Source: Paraphysomonas bandaiensis
Taxonomy: Eukaryota > Protista > Chrysophyceae
Reading direction: 5' to 3'
Assembly (NCBI GenBank): GCA_965644295.1
Contig: CBFFRP010000242.1
Location: forward strand, 124,001 to 188,000
Length of the DNA: 64,000 bases
Shown here: in pieces, positions 28,001-43,000 of the stretch
Layout: every line of letters begins with the position of its first letter
Position numbering within the stretch: the stretch's first letter is position 1
Translations under genes and position numbers: made by a program
The notes under the pieces: generated by a model
Databases searched by the model: none
What the model was told of the DNA's origin: nothing
The model's input: the letters and a program-made list of their open reading frames with translations, nothing else

Positions 28001-31000
28001 CATTGAATTTTGTATGATGATATTGGTTCACCACCATCCTCCAACGACGGATTAAAACCGACAACAAGAGAACCATCGGATGCAGCACTAACAGTAACAT
28101 CTTGTGGAATGCTAGGAACTTGACTGGAAGGTTGCTTACTAGCCGGAGTTGAAGACTTCTGAGCACCAATGCCGTAGCTGTTCACGGCTGCAACGGAGGC
28201 AAAGTAAGAGACGCCTTGCTTTAAACCACCAACAGCGTACTCCTTAACAGATATGACCTCAACATTAGGAGATATTTCAGCAGCCATTTCCAATCCATTC
28301 ACAAACATAAGGGGCATATCAGCCTGTGTCCAGGGGTCAAATCCTGAGAAAGTAACCATCCACGAATATCCATTATATTCCACCTTTCTTGAAACATGGA
28401 CATCAACAACCTTCGTTAATACTTCCAAGGCATCCTGCATTTCATCAGCTGTACAGTCAAAACTCAGATAGTCCGTAGTCTGCAAGCGATACACAGGCAC
28501 AACAGAGTCGTGGGCGGTGCCAACCGTAAAGTCGGCCGTGAAATCATTACACCCATTATAGCCTGTATCGATGACAATAATGTTAGGGACGTTACCACGT
28601 ACAAGGTCACCAGTAAATGTAATCGAAAATGTCAACATTCTGTCAGATTTCAATTCGCGAGATACTTCGATCTCGTCAATGGAGGCAAGTGAAACGAGTT
28701 CATTTTCCACCTCCTCAGCCGAGGAAGATAGTGTAAGACAGCCATAGTCACCTCCAATCTCTGTGACATAAGTGGTATCATTACGGAATCGAAGGCGGAA
28801 ACCAGAGCTAAGTTCATCATCCAACATTCCATCAGGCGCGGTAAATGTTATCACCTGTACCTCATAAGTTGAATGTTTGAGAGAATGGTAAGAAAGAGAA
28901 GCCGGCTCAGTAGGATCGTCAGATTTTGCCAGGAAAATCACAGATTCACCATCCAAAGTCCCATCGCGAACTCGGAAGGTCTCACCATCGTATGGATGCC
29001 CCACTCTAATCCAATCACCTTCTTCAAGATCAAAAATCTGCATGTCCTTTGTTCTGTCGTCATTTTGTATTTGAATCCAAGATGCTCCAATGATAGGTCG
29101 TTGAGCACCACCAATAGACGTGTCCAGTTTGTATACAGGAATTTGAGGCAATAGGTGCGTATCAAATCCAGCATCAAAAGCTTTAGGTACGAACGGATTA
29201 TCTAATCGACAAAGTGGGATAGAATTTCGAGTAAGATTCCCATATTCATTTTCATAGTTCATATCACGATTCATACATACCCTGAACTCTTGCCCTTTAA
29301 TTCTAATAAATTCACCAGGAATGAGGTCATTAATAAACGACTCATCTCCCATGCCGGGAATACTGACATCAGACTTAACCGCAACAGTAGCATTATCCAG
29401 TATATCAACATATGCATGCAAACTACCGTTATACCCAACGTATACCGTATAGTCGCCAAAAAAATCTCCAAGCGACAATCTGAATCGAGCATCATCATCA
29501 AAAGGTAATGTATGTGCTGACGTAACAACTTTTTGCACTTCATGGGTAACTGGAATAGGTATCTTCGTCACACCGGTACTAGAAGATATCGACAGTTCGT
29601 AATTAAGAATCTCATCGCCATTATCGTAGGCATCTTGGGTATATGTGGCCAATATACTAGAACCAGAGTGCGCCTTAATTGTCAGTTTTGAAGGTGAAAA
29701 AGGTTTACCAGCAGGAACAGCAGTAACAACCTCAGAAAATACACCATCTCCACGATCATTCGTGGCAAGAACACGGAAATACCAAGTCGCACCAGTATCT
29801 AGCTGGTCAATAACAGTTGACAGAGGTGACTCCGATGCAGAAACCTCTACATATTTGTAGTTATCAGGGGCCACACCGTCACGCAATAAGCTTACGTCAA
29901 CAACAGGATCGGGTCCAAGAAGTTGACGGTTATTCACAACCAGCATATCCTGGTCACCTACATCTGTAACAAAAGTTACAGTCCACGAATATCCCTGTCC
30001 AATGGAAGTACGATCAACTTCGATTTGGCCTATTGCTGGCACATTTTCCAAAGCAGTGCGTAACTCATACTCATCGGCATTCCAAGAAATGGGATTAGTC
30101 TTCGGACGAGTAAATATTTCAGCTGTGTTAATATATTCACCTGTGACTGAAGAGGCTATGACAGGTTCAACCACATATATTCTCCAAGATGACAAGAATG
30201 CAAACTCTTGCACAGTGTATTCGTTACCTTCAACCATAATCTTATCACCAGCTTCAAGGTAAGAAGACAGATCTTCAGATGTATTGAAATATGTATACAG
30301 AGCACGACCATCAACAGTACCAGGAAGTTTGACAGAGTACTCTTGAAGGGCAATAGTAAAGGTACCCGAAGTGACGTTAGTATCCGCAGTAGACAAAATT
30401 TGAACTTCAGTGTCTCCGAAAAATGACGAATATCTCGTGGCCAAACTACTCTTAGTGTACGCATCAACGCGGTACGAGGATATCGAGGCCGTGGAGGTCG
30501 GTGCTATCCAAGACACTTTCACACTCTGAGCATCAACCACTGCAGTTGCGACCATTGACGGTGCATCAGGCGAGCGACGGGGAATTTCACTACTTGGGCT
30601 AGTCAACGTAAATCCCCCACAAGACATTGGAGAATTCATATTTGTCGTACAATCACCGATAGAATTCTCAGCAGATACACGCACATAGTACGTCTTACCC
30701 GGAATAAGACCTGGAATCTCATACTGCTGACCCATCAAGAGTAAATCGGCCTTCGAAGAGGTATTATCAAAAATCGTTTGTCTTAAATTAGGCCCTTGTA
30801 ATGAAAACTCACTAAGCGAAGCCGGAGAATCACCAACAGTGAAAGTGTAAGGTATCATGTCATCAGTAGTAATAATCACAACACGTTCCCCAGTCAACAG
30901 TTCTCGGATAGTATCAATATTACCATCATAACTGACAACTGGTTCAGTAGAATGCAGATCATTGGGATCGAAGTCGATCCGACTAACGCAAGCCAGACAT

Positions 31001-34000
31001 AGGACTTTGTACGCTGGTATAGCTGCACTACCAAGAGCAGTGTAGGATGGGCCAGTCTCGAATGACGAATCAATATCCCATTCAATATTGAAGTGTGTAA
31101 TCAATGACCCACCGTCGAAAGATGATGGACCAATCTTGACAAGTATCGACGATTCTGACGCAACAAATATATGAGGAACATCCCAAACACCTTCTTGTTG
31201 AGTGGGCTCCGTGGGTTGTGTAATTGGCACCGTTAAGGACAACGGGGCGGTCAACCTGCGGACACTATAGCCAAGATCATTCATAGCAGCCACGCGTGTG
31301 TAATATATTTGGCCTGGAATAAGGTCCTGAATCAGGAAATTTTGAGCTCTGGATTCAACATCAGCAGTTACCACCATCCACGTATAAAATCCCCGACTGT
31401 CGTCATAAGATGCATTTTGTGTAATTTCGATTGTTGGAGTAGAATCCATTCCGCCACAAACAAAATTTGAATCAACAACTTCAAAAGGAGGGAGATTGAA
31501 TACTTCAGAAAACGTAACAGACCAAGTCCTTGCTCCCAAAGCCTCCGTGACAGTAACTTCTACATCTGCAATGTTCGGAATGTTCTCGATAATTCTCTCA
31601 AATTCATAGGCCGTAGAATTAACATTAATATCAGCAGACACATACGTCCCACTTACAGGTGATTCACCAATATGATAGTGGATACCGTCATGATGCTGAT
31701 TCTCCGCATTGACTGTAGTCATGCTCAGTGAAAAAGTATGCAAACCAGTTTCATTCACACAAGGAACAGTAACTTCCATGACCTGCGGTACGACTGTATC
31801 GAATCCAATCTTGCTCCACTCAATTAAATAACTTGTAATCGAATCACCACCGTCGCCAACGCTATCCGTTTCGTCAATGATGGGATATTCCCACGATACA
31901 TTTAGGGAGCGAGAATATACAACTAGAGAGTCAGCATTCACAGCAGTTTCCAGAGTTGGATTGTAAGGTGCGTCAGGAGTTTGGTGAGGTTTTACTGGGA
32001 AACTTAACGAAGGTTCCCCATAACCGCCTGAGTGGTGCGCAATCACTCGGACATAATACCAAGTGCCCATTTCTAAACCAGTAATATTGTAGTAGGTTTC
32101 CGACGTTTCCGCCGAAGATAACGTTGTCGGATCATTGAAGGATGCTTTAGTATCCCATTCCACCCTCCATTTATCAATGGATTGGCCATTTGTGTTTTCA
32201 GGCTCCTCGAAATATATAAATGCAGACTCACGAGTAAAAGATCGGGAAGTATCAACTGTTGGGTAATTCGGAACGAGCAAGGGTGACGGACCAGGTAACC
32301 CACGAGCAAGTATGTACCACTCATTCTCCTCAGCACACTCATCCAGACCAGAATAACAAGTTGGAATACACATCTGTGCACCAGCAATGAAATCTCTTGC
32401 CATACGAACCTCCGTCGTGTCATGGTAACCAACAAATGCAAACCATCTAGGACCAGATGCACCTTGGTCATTATGCTGCCGAACCCGTACCGCGTACAGG
32501 GTCCCAGCGTCAACATCAATCAAGTACTCGAATGACTTATTGCTACCAAACTCGTCGGCTGTTATCTCAACCGACATAAACGTCGAATTTTCATACTCAG
32601 CCCACTCAATACTATACTTGGTGATAGCACTGCCGTAAGTTTCTCCCTCAGCCCATGTTACTTTCAGTACACTGCCATCAGAAGTGGGTACGGCCCACAC
32701 TTGAACATTAATGGGAAGCCCCGGCGGTGACCTTGGTACAATAGCTCCAAGATAACCATCATCAGAAACAACGGCGGTATTACCAGGTCCCTGACCAACC
32801 TTGTTAATCGCAATAACACGAACAAAAACGGACTCCCCATGGGCAAGGGAACTGGCATCCATTAAGGTATTCACGTACGCTTGGGCAAGTGTTGTCACCT
32901 CACCGTCAGTCGTTAGATCTCCACAAGTGTGGCTAAATGACGCATCTGCGTTGGACAATATAACAAGCTCTTCAACATTATCGAAAAACATCTCCCCTTG
33001 GAAAGTAACGATCCATTCATTGCCATACATTTTCTCCTCTTTAGTGACATCGAAAATATCATTGTACAGTGGATACATCGACTGGAACATATCTTCGAGG
33101 TAAGAATCTACGTCGCTATAGCTCGCATCATACGATAAGCACGTCGAGGGCGCGGGGCTATGATAAGCTATTATTGCTTTCGTAAATCCACCCATAAAAG
33201 GTTCATGAAGTGTAATATTTCCAGCAGAATCATCCGCAATGATCTGAAATACTGTACCAGCAATTCGCAAGAAATCACCAACAGCATATGTCCCATTGAA
33301 GTCAAGGATACTGACTTCAGGACTACCATGTCGAGCTTGCAGGAAAATATGGTTTGTGTGTTCGCCAACATAGAGAAGTGCAAATTGTCCGCCATCGAGG
33401 AGCTCGCCATTACCGCTTGCGAGAGTCACTTTCTGTACTTCTTCACCAATAGTGTACGAGCAATTATGATTACAAGTAACGTTAACCATATCTTCTTCGA
33501 GCATTCGAATATCGTACCAAGTAGAGTTAGAAAAACTAGACTTCGTCGACCATTCAACACGGTAATGTGTAGCAATAGCAGGAGTATGTTCACCCTCTGT
33601 TGACGTAACAAAACCAAATTGATCATGAGTAGGTTGCTGCCACGACACCTCCAAACGGTTAGCCACTTCCTGGTAACTGAGCTGCACATAGGGGTCAACT
33701 GGAATATAGAGAAGCTGATCAACAGGTTGAACACTGCAGTGAACTGGCATTGTATCACACATTGTGTCATTAATTGGCCATGCCTGTGTTGCATAGCTTA
33801 CTCCATAAGAGTTAATAGCAGAAACTCGAACGTACACCTCACGCCCTTCCAGCCCCACAATTTGATAAGAAAACTCATGCAAATCAGTGAAGTTAGCAGC
33901 AGTTTCGACAGCTACCACCTCAGAGAATGAAGTGCGATTGGTTCGAATAAAGTAAGGGCTGTAGTCCCACTCCACCAAAAACTTCGTAACAGGTGTCCCG

Positions 34001-37000
34001 CCAGCATACACAGGACTACTCCATCTGACACCAAGTTCAGAGTTAGATACAACCGACAGAATCACATCCTCAGGAGCACTGGGGAACGTCAATGATGTTA
34101 TAATAGAGTTAGAAACTTGACTTCTACCAGTAACCACAGTACTAATTGTCACCTCTTCTAGTAGAGTAGCAGAATTCACTTCCATCTCAACTTGATTATC
34201 CAAAAAATAAGACTTGACAAATGTAACATGGTAACGAATTCTCGTGGCATTGGTATCAATACCAGAGAGATCATATCCACTTTCAGATGATTCATCTACT
34301 CTGGAGACAAGAACAGAGGACACTGAATCCAGGTTCTGAAGAGCTGTTTGAACTTCACTGGCACTCGCTAGACCTCCGATCGGAGAAGTTTCCTCAGACC
34401 TAAAACCGTCAGACAGCTCCAAGGTGTATGTGCCAGTAATAAGAGCAAGACTGGACGCTTCGACAGATATAACTTGAACTTCGGCCCATTGAATTTTCGA
34501 CTCAGCTAGAGTATAGTGGCTATAACCTTGCATGTTGTACGCTGAAATTCTAATATAGTATGCAGTATTCGCCTGCAATTCAGGAATAATATAGTGATTG
34601 ACGTCAGAAACAAAATCAGAATTGGCATTTTCTGAAAATGACTCTTCCGTATCCCACTCAATTGAATAGCCAGAAATTGTCGACCCACCGTTCTCTTCAG
34701 GAGCACTCCAGGAAACTAGAATTTCAGTATCTGACAAAAGAGACGTGTATACATCGCGTGGTGCAGATGGGGCTGACAGTTGCGGCGAAACAGAAAGGGT
34801 TCCCATCGCAGGCACACTCCAGAAATCATCATTATAGCCCGAAACTCTGCTCACGTATCGCTGGCCATGATTCAAACCTTCAACAATAAGATATGTCGGT
34901 AAATGCTCTGCAACAAGGCGTTCAACATATGCCATAGCATTCGATCCTTCAAGAGTTCCTCCAGAGGCAACAATATCGCTACCAAAGCCAGTACTAACGA
35001 GAAGAGACTGATAGTGTGAGTCTAAAAATGTTACCGTCCATGTACGACCGTACGCTTGTAATGGCCCTGTGGTACTTAGGGTGTGATCAGTCATAGTGAC
35101 CTCCACATCAGTAATCGTCAACATACTCTCGAGAATATACTCAACTTCCACTGCTGAGGAGTACACATCGATAGCCATTGATACTTCACCAGAATTAACA
35201 ACATAAAAGTACCCGAACAGGTCAGTTGACGTGCTATTGACAGTGATAGATTGCACACTATTGACGCGCGCGACTTCCACATCCCCTAAGGCTCGCTCAT
35301 AAATACCAACTGTGCCACTTAAAAAGGTAACCGCACCTCCATCTGTATTGCCCACAACCTCCACCGCAGCGTCAGGTCCAACAAGGGTATTACAACTCAC
35401 TGACATTAACTCTAAATCACCAACATTATCAACAAAACGAACAATCCAACGAAGGTTATACCCTGTACCAGATCCAACTTCCTGGGTGACAGAGACATCA
35501 CCAACAGTAACAAGCGATTCTAGAGCTGACTCTACTCTTCCAGCCGTAGCATCGTAAGGAATTGCACTTGTTGAATAGCCACCAAATGAGAGACAGAAAG
35601 CACCGGAAAGACGCGTGGTTGAAGCAGAAACAGATACAACTTGTACTTCAGGAATAGAAGGAGCATAATCATACTCTACTCTATACTTGCTGATAACTGA
35701 ACTTCCAAAATCGGTGGGCGCACTCCACGAAATACGAAGTGCTTCGTTGTTGACAGGTGAGATTGAGATATCAATGGGCGAGCTAGGCGTTGAAGAAGGC
35801 CGCACAAGAGCAGGAGTACTACCCTTAGTCTTTCCATAAGCTTCTCCGACCCCATTCCACGCAGATACACGTACGTGGTAGTTGAGACCCTGATTAACAC
35901 CATCGATAATATACCTAACAGGAGAACTTGGATCCTTCACCTCAACCACAGCACTACCGTAATATCGACTCTCCATAACGGGAACCATTCCGCCAACCAC
36001 TTCTTTGTAGTAAACATGAATAGTCGCACTACCGTCATCACTGTATAGCTTTGAAGAATCAACTGCCAACATTTCCACATTTCCCAAGTTCTCCACAAAA
36101 ACAACAACCAACGTGAACCCAGTGCCTAGATCAGCATGATTCTGTCTTCGAACAATAACATCGCCCAGACCAGGAAGCAACTCTAACTGTGCTTCGATCT
36201 CAGCTGCTGAGACGTCAAATAACATTTGCGGGGTCGATTCTTCATTCCAAGATATGGCAAATGTTCCATTCATCTCACCACTGCTTGCTTCGACTTTAAG
36301 ACTTTGTTGTTCAAAGCCAGCCATAGCGTCGACAAGGGTAGTAACGGTGACAGCACCACCTGTGCCGGTAAATGTGGAGTACTGTCCGTACGATGATACA
36401 TCAGATGAGTTGACAGTAGAATTGAACTCCGATGGGTACGAGCCATCAAAGTTTGACACCCCCATTTGTGGAACGTCGAAGAAGGATCCACTACTCCACC
36501 ACTCAGAATTCAAAAATGTAACCGTCCACGATAAGCCTCTCTCGGCCTTGGCTTCAGTGCGCGTTACAATTACGTCACCGACGCTAGGAAGGGCTTCAAG
36601 CAGGGCCTCCACTTCATCTGCAGCCGAGTCAACCATGATCGGCTCCGTGATAAAATCCCCAAAGGACAAATAAAAATATCCACCTAAATCATACAGATCA
36701 GCAGAAGTAGTGACCTGCTGAACCTCATAAGGAGAATAAAGGAGTGATTTAGATGGGTTCATGAGATCGTCTTCGGAATAGGCCTCAGCACCAAGTACAT
36801 CCCATTCAACTTTGTAATGAGTAACAGTAGCTCCACCAGAATCAGCACAAGACTGAATATCAACAGCAATATTATCGTCATTGGCGGACGATACATACAC
36901 CTTGGAGGGAGGTGATGGCTGAGTTTTAGGGGTCTCGAAGAGATTATCTGGCTTTCCAGCTACAATAGAATATCCATACGAATTATATGCAAAAACACGA

Positions 37001-40000
37001 ACGTAATACGGAGTTCCTTTCACCAATCCAGATATAGTGTATGAACAATGAGCAAGAGTACAGTTCTGTTCATTGCTGACCATCTTGTGATGAGATCCAA
37101 CAGGGGAGCCTCCATTGCTGTTAAAAGTAGGGTACAGATCCCATTCAATTTTGTACTTCGATATTCTGTCCCCACCATCAGACTCAGGATGCATCCATAG
37201 AAGTTTCAGAGAATTTGCACTAGCTGTCAAAAGATACACCTGCAATGGATGTGACGGCTTCTGCTCAGGAGGAGCTAATTGTACTGGTGAAGAAAGCTGC
37301 GGGGTGCTAATACCTTCAGCATTGATCGGACTAACCGAGACGTAGTACAAAACACCAGGCTCCAAACCTTGAATGGTGTATGCGTAAGAAGAAACACCAG
37401 ACACAGCATCTACGACATCAGTTCCATATCCATGAGGAAGAGGTCCAACCTGTGTCGTAGTCACAGCTGCGTGGACACTTCCAGTTGCAGCTACGACCCC
37501 AGAGGCGTCCACAGTTAGGTCAAAGTTATTTACAGTTGGGAAGTCATGACTGAAGGTCACATTCCAAACATAGCCGTAGCCGGTAGAAGCTACAGATCGG
37601 AAAACTTTGACAGCCCTAATGTCGGCAAGTGCCTCCAAAGCAGTGCGAACAACATCAGCACTAGAATCAAAAGGGAGATAATCTGTCACATCCCCAGCAT
37701 AGCTCAATCTAAATGTTCCTTCCATATCAGAAGCAGCCGATACTTCAATACTTTTGACTTCTTTAATATCATTTGTGTCCCACCATTCTACACGGAACTG
37801 CTCAACATTGGCACCATTGACATCAGCTGGAATTTTGAAAGAAACTTTGAGCGATGTGCTCGATTCCAAAACGGATACCGCGTCCGAAAATGGGATTGTG
37901 TTGAGTTGTACACCTTTCCCGAAAGGTATAACATCAGCCTTTGATCGTGGCTGAATATCAAAAGTTCCGTACTGCTCAAACTCGGCCATTCGACATTTAC
38001 CGCGACCCATCTCATTGATTCCACAGACTCGAACATTGTACGTTGTACCTGGAGAAAGATTACTGATATTATACTCCAGAATCCTTCGAGAACTGTTGTC
38101 GTGAATTCTCACAGAATCGAAATCGTCAACATCGGCAATGAATGATCCACAGGTCGATTTACAAGCACAACATGCCTCATCTGCAGACATCCCAGCGCTA
38201 TTGGGCCCAATGTAGTGGTTGTTGTCAGCGGCTCCACATCCACATAAAACGCCTGTAGTACATTCTCCCGTGCGCGCATCTGCTAACTGAGCATAGTGAT
38301 CACAATCATGACCTTCGCTATCCCTCCAGCCTTCAGGAGTGTCAAAAGTACCTAGTTCATCCCATTGTACGACGAATTGGGTAACTGGCGACGCCCTATC
38401 TTCCGGATAGTAAATATATGACCAGTATGTCATCAATGAATTATCCGAACCAGCAGCGCGTAGAGTTTCAGCATACGCAGGCGCATCAGGAACCTCCATA
38501 GGCTTAAGTTGCTCCACAGGGGAAGGAACTCCGGTCCAACCCTCATCATTAACTGCAGATATGCGAACATAATACCCGTCGGTAACGGCGGAATCCTGCT
38601 GGACACCCTTAATGATATAAGAATAGTGACCAGTTGAACCAATATTCATATCAACCTCATCATAAGGTGACCCAGACTTCCCACCATCAACAAGAAATGC
38701 ACCACCAACAGCACTCTCATTCGCTAGACAACTCATTCCTCCAGAAGTAGAATTTACACCATCAGCACATATAATGTACGTATCACCACCAACAGATCCT
38801 ATTAGGCCAGATTCATCAAGAGAAAGGGTACCCACGTCACCAAGATTAGTTAAGAAAGTCACAATCCACTCATGATAATCTGCTGTTTCAGAGTATCTGA
38901 CTTCGACATCACCGACATCAGGCATGCGCTCCAGCACATACTCAATCGTGTGTCTCGACGCATCGTAGTCAATAGCATACGGGTACATATTTCCACTCGG
39001 GGAGTACAACATAAACGTACCATCATACACGTCATTGGAAATCTTAATTGTTTGGATTTCAAATGGCCCGTACTCCAAATCAGCACTATACCATTCAACG
39101 ATATAATCAACAATTCTAGATCCACCATCATCTTCCGGTGCATAGAACGTAACGAGAATATTGTCCCATGATTGTATATGTAGTGAAACATTTTGCACGA
39201 CTGTTGGTTTCCTTCCAGTTGGCGCAACAACGTAAGGAGAATCTGCAATTTCTTCCACGGACGGGAAAAGCCTAGAATTTGGAATGACTTCATATGGTTG
39301 AGACTGAGAAGACCACGCCAATGTGAAAGCAGCAACACCAGTGTTCTCTCTGTACTCAATCTTAATCTCAGCTAACTGACCGGCAACTAGACTATGTGGA
39401 GTATGTGCAGTAAAGAGTGTGGTCTCCTCTTTATTCTCCAAATCATTGTCGTACTGATCAATGATTAATTCGTCGTTTATCCACATACGAACCCCGTCGT
39501 TGACAGTGGCAGCCATTTCATAAACTTCCGAAAATGCAGGAAGAATGTAACCCGTCCACCGAATAGAGATGTAATCCTTACCGGTTTCAGTAATAGTGTC
39601 ATCACTTGACCACCAGAAATCAACGATAGAGTCAATTCTAGTCATTATTGGGTCGCCATACATCCACCTATTGTTGAAATAATTGCCGATAAGACCATTA
39701 CCAACAGCTTTTGCAATAGTGAGGTTATAATTGCCAAGACGAGGGGTGTTGTAAGTAACTTCGTAGACACCATCATCCAAGTATTCTACAGCACCTCTGT
39801 TGTCAGCCTGCCCGGAGAGACTGGCCATAAACACCTCGCCCACCCTGCCTCCAACGCTGCGCACATGCGAGCCAGAGAGTTCTGTACCAGGACAATGATC
39901 ATTCTCAACTGTGACAATTGCACCCGTTCCTTCAAGGAGAAGTCCCTCTGCATACAGAGCAGTGGGATACTCATCATAAGATTTAAATACAACGGTCCAA

Positions 40001-43000
40001 ACATACGCCTCATTAACAAATGGACCAGTCCTAAGTACCTCTACGTTGTAAACGCCTTCAAATTCTTCCAATGCCGCCTTCATATCATCCTCATCAACAT
40101 TGTACCTCAAATCAGGGGTACGCTCATGATCTCCCATTTGAATATAAAACGTTCCACCAAGAGTATCCTGTGCCGATGTACGTATTACTTGGTAGGTAAA
40201 TATGTCACATGATGTCAGCATCACAGTGGCATTTTCGTTATTCGAATCCAGTAAAGCAGCATGATCGATTTCAATGGCAGGCAAATCGCCCAGGTTCGAA
40301 TCGAACGCCAATATGTATTGGTATCCTGAGCGTGGGTGCTGGAATACTGCAATGTCATCCTGTGTATCACGAGAGTAAGGACTTGATAGAGTGATTATAA
40401 AGTTACTCGTATCGACCAATGCCACAGTGTATACAGGGCCATTCGTTGCATTCCATAAACGAATCCAATCACCGACTTCGAACACAGCTGACGGGTCAGA
40501 ATCGAAAGATAAGTAAGGCGACCCTTCAACAGCGTCACACGTTAATCCCGTTTCCATTTGAACAGAATTTGTAGTCACAGTTACTGATCCTAACGATGGC
40601 AGAGATTCCAGAGCAGCCTGCATGCCTGCAATTCCAACTCTGGCGCTGACGTCCACAGTGTGTCCTCCATATGTTAGAGAAAATGACCCAGTCAGATTTC
40701 CCGATGCCGCGGTTTCAATAATCTGAACTTCATTAACAGGGCCATAATGAACACGATTGTCAAACTCGTCCCTGGCTTCAATCATGAAAGATGTGTCATC
40801 AAGGTATATTCCTGTCGAGAGGCCATTCCTCCCAGCTGTCGTCTCCTGATGAATTGCAGTACACGACGCAGCATCTACAGTAATTGCTTCAACATGAGCT
40901 GTAAAAGGTCCTTCGCCTGCAGTCAACTCAACAACGCCAACATCTGAGGTCGCTATGCTATCGGAAGAGACCACAATGAGAGGCAGATCGCCAATATTCA
41001 TACGGTGAGAGAGTGTTGATCCGATGCCAGACTGGAAGGTTACAGTATAGCTGTTGACCTTACCTGTACCAGATTTTTCCACATCAACACTGCCAACAGT
41101 AGTCAAATTTTCAAGTGCAGCTCGGAATTCATCACTTGATGCATCCCATGACAACATATTAGTACTATGGCCACGAAATGAAAGAGAAAATTCGCAAGCA
41201 AGGTTACTGTTAATATCAACGCAAGTTGTGCCATTTATAGTGACCTCTTGAACTTCATTGACGAGAATAGTGTTCACAAACGGCCAGTAAACCTCACTCT
41301 CATTCTGGTGGGCTTTGATGATGGAACATTGGCCCTCTTCAATAATGTCCACAGTGATAGGAACTGTCCCCTCACTAATCACAATAGGAAGCATATCACA
41401 TGCCGTATTGAATGTAACTAACCACGCCGAATTCAGTAAGTCTGAAGTTTGGCTAAAGGTGACTGTGACATCACCAACGCCCTCCAACTCTTCGAGGGCC
41501 TTTTCTACATCTTCACCATTGGCATTCCAAGCAAGCCGCTTTGTCACAGGACATGGATTGATATCAGTACAGACACCGTACGAGAGTGTAAAATATCCGG
41601 ATCGCTCAGATAAACTATTCCATCCTGTAGAAATATTCTGCACTTCGAGTTGCTCGCCCAACATCACAGCAATTGTATACGTTCCACTTATAACTGGAGT
41701 GAACACCACATCATACGTGCCTCCGAAATCACTGTTCCCAGAATACGTAACCTGACCATCAACTGCAATCATTTCATCGTCGAAATCTCTTTCAGCGATG
41801 AAGGCATAAACCTTGTAAATATCTCTTTCTTGCGAGTGAAGCCTGTTATTACCCCACGCATCCTTCGACTGAATTGTAAATTTAGACGGTTCACCTGTAA
41901 CACCGTACACAAGGCCCTGGCCATATGCAGTTGTAAACTCTGCATTAGTCACAGCGGGACTGGTGAACATCGTGAACGGAGAATCAATAATATCAGCAGC
42001 AGCACTGCCCTTTACCACTTCAGTTACTCTGTGAATCAGAGAATTCCCACTAACATCATCATCATTGATTGCGACCATTTCCAAGTCGGCATCCATATCA
42101 AAGAATTCGATAGTAAACGCACAATTCTTATCATCACAATTCGTGTATTCCACAGAAATATCACCAGTATTGCCTAACTCCTCTAAAGCTGATTCTATAC
42201 TTGTCACAGGGCCCGCAATCGCTATTGGTGCTGTGGTTTCACTCACTACATAACCACCAACTGCAGCTTTCACAGTTATAGTAAAGTTGCCCCCCAGATT
42301 ACCTTCAGATTCGAATTCAACAAATTGAATTTCATTTACAGACGCAACTTGGAGATTGATATGGTAAAATCCACGGACATGTGGAGTATATTTGACAAGA
42401 TATTTACCAGCAGTGCAATTCGAAATTTTATAGATAGATGCGTTGGTCATGGAATCACCAATAAACGGTCTCGCAAGCGGAACAATAGTAGACGTAAACG
42501 ATGACTCTTCATTTAAATCAACCATAATAGCCTCAGACATAATGTACAATGTGTCACCGCGTTCAACGAAGTCCGTAAAGTCAACAGAAGTGTTTGTCAA
42601 GAAGGAATCGCCAAATAAAACACTCGCATAACCTATGAACTCCCACCCAAGGGGTTCAATAGTAAAATTGACATGCTGAACAAATGATTTATTGACGTCA
42701 TTGACACGACTGAAAGAGTTATCAAAACCAGCCCAATCGGCAATACCAGCAATCGATATATTCCACTGCTCTTCTCCCCAATTAAATATGTTGTTACCGA
42801 AAGTGTCACGAGCTTGGATGATGAAGGAGCACTCCTCAAGGGCAGTACACTCCGTAAGACCGGACCCGGACGCGGATGACGTGCTAGCTTCAACATCTCC
42901 AGGATACACCTGAACTGTAACTGGGCTGTTGATAATATGGCGCGAGTACGATAAATACTCTCCAGATAGTGCCTGCGTTCCTTCAATGCCAGGGCCAGAC

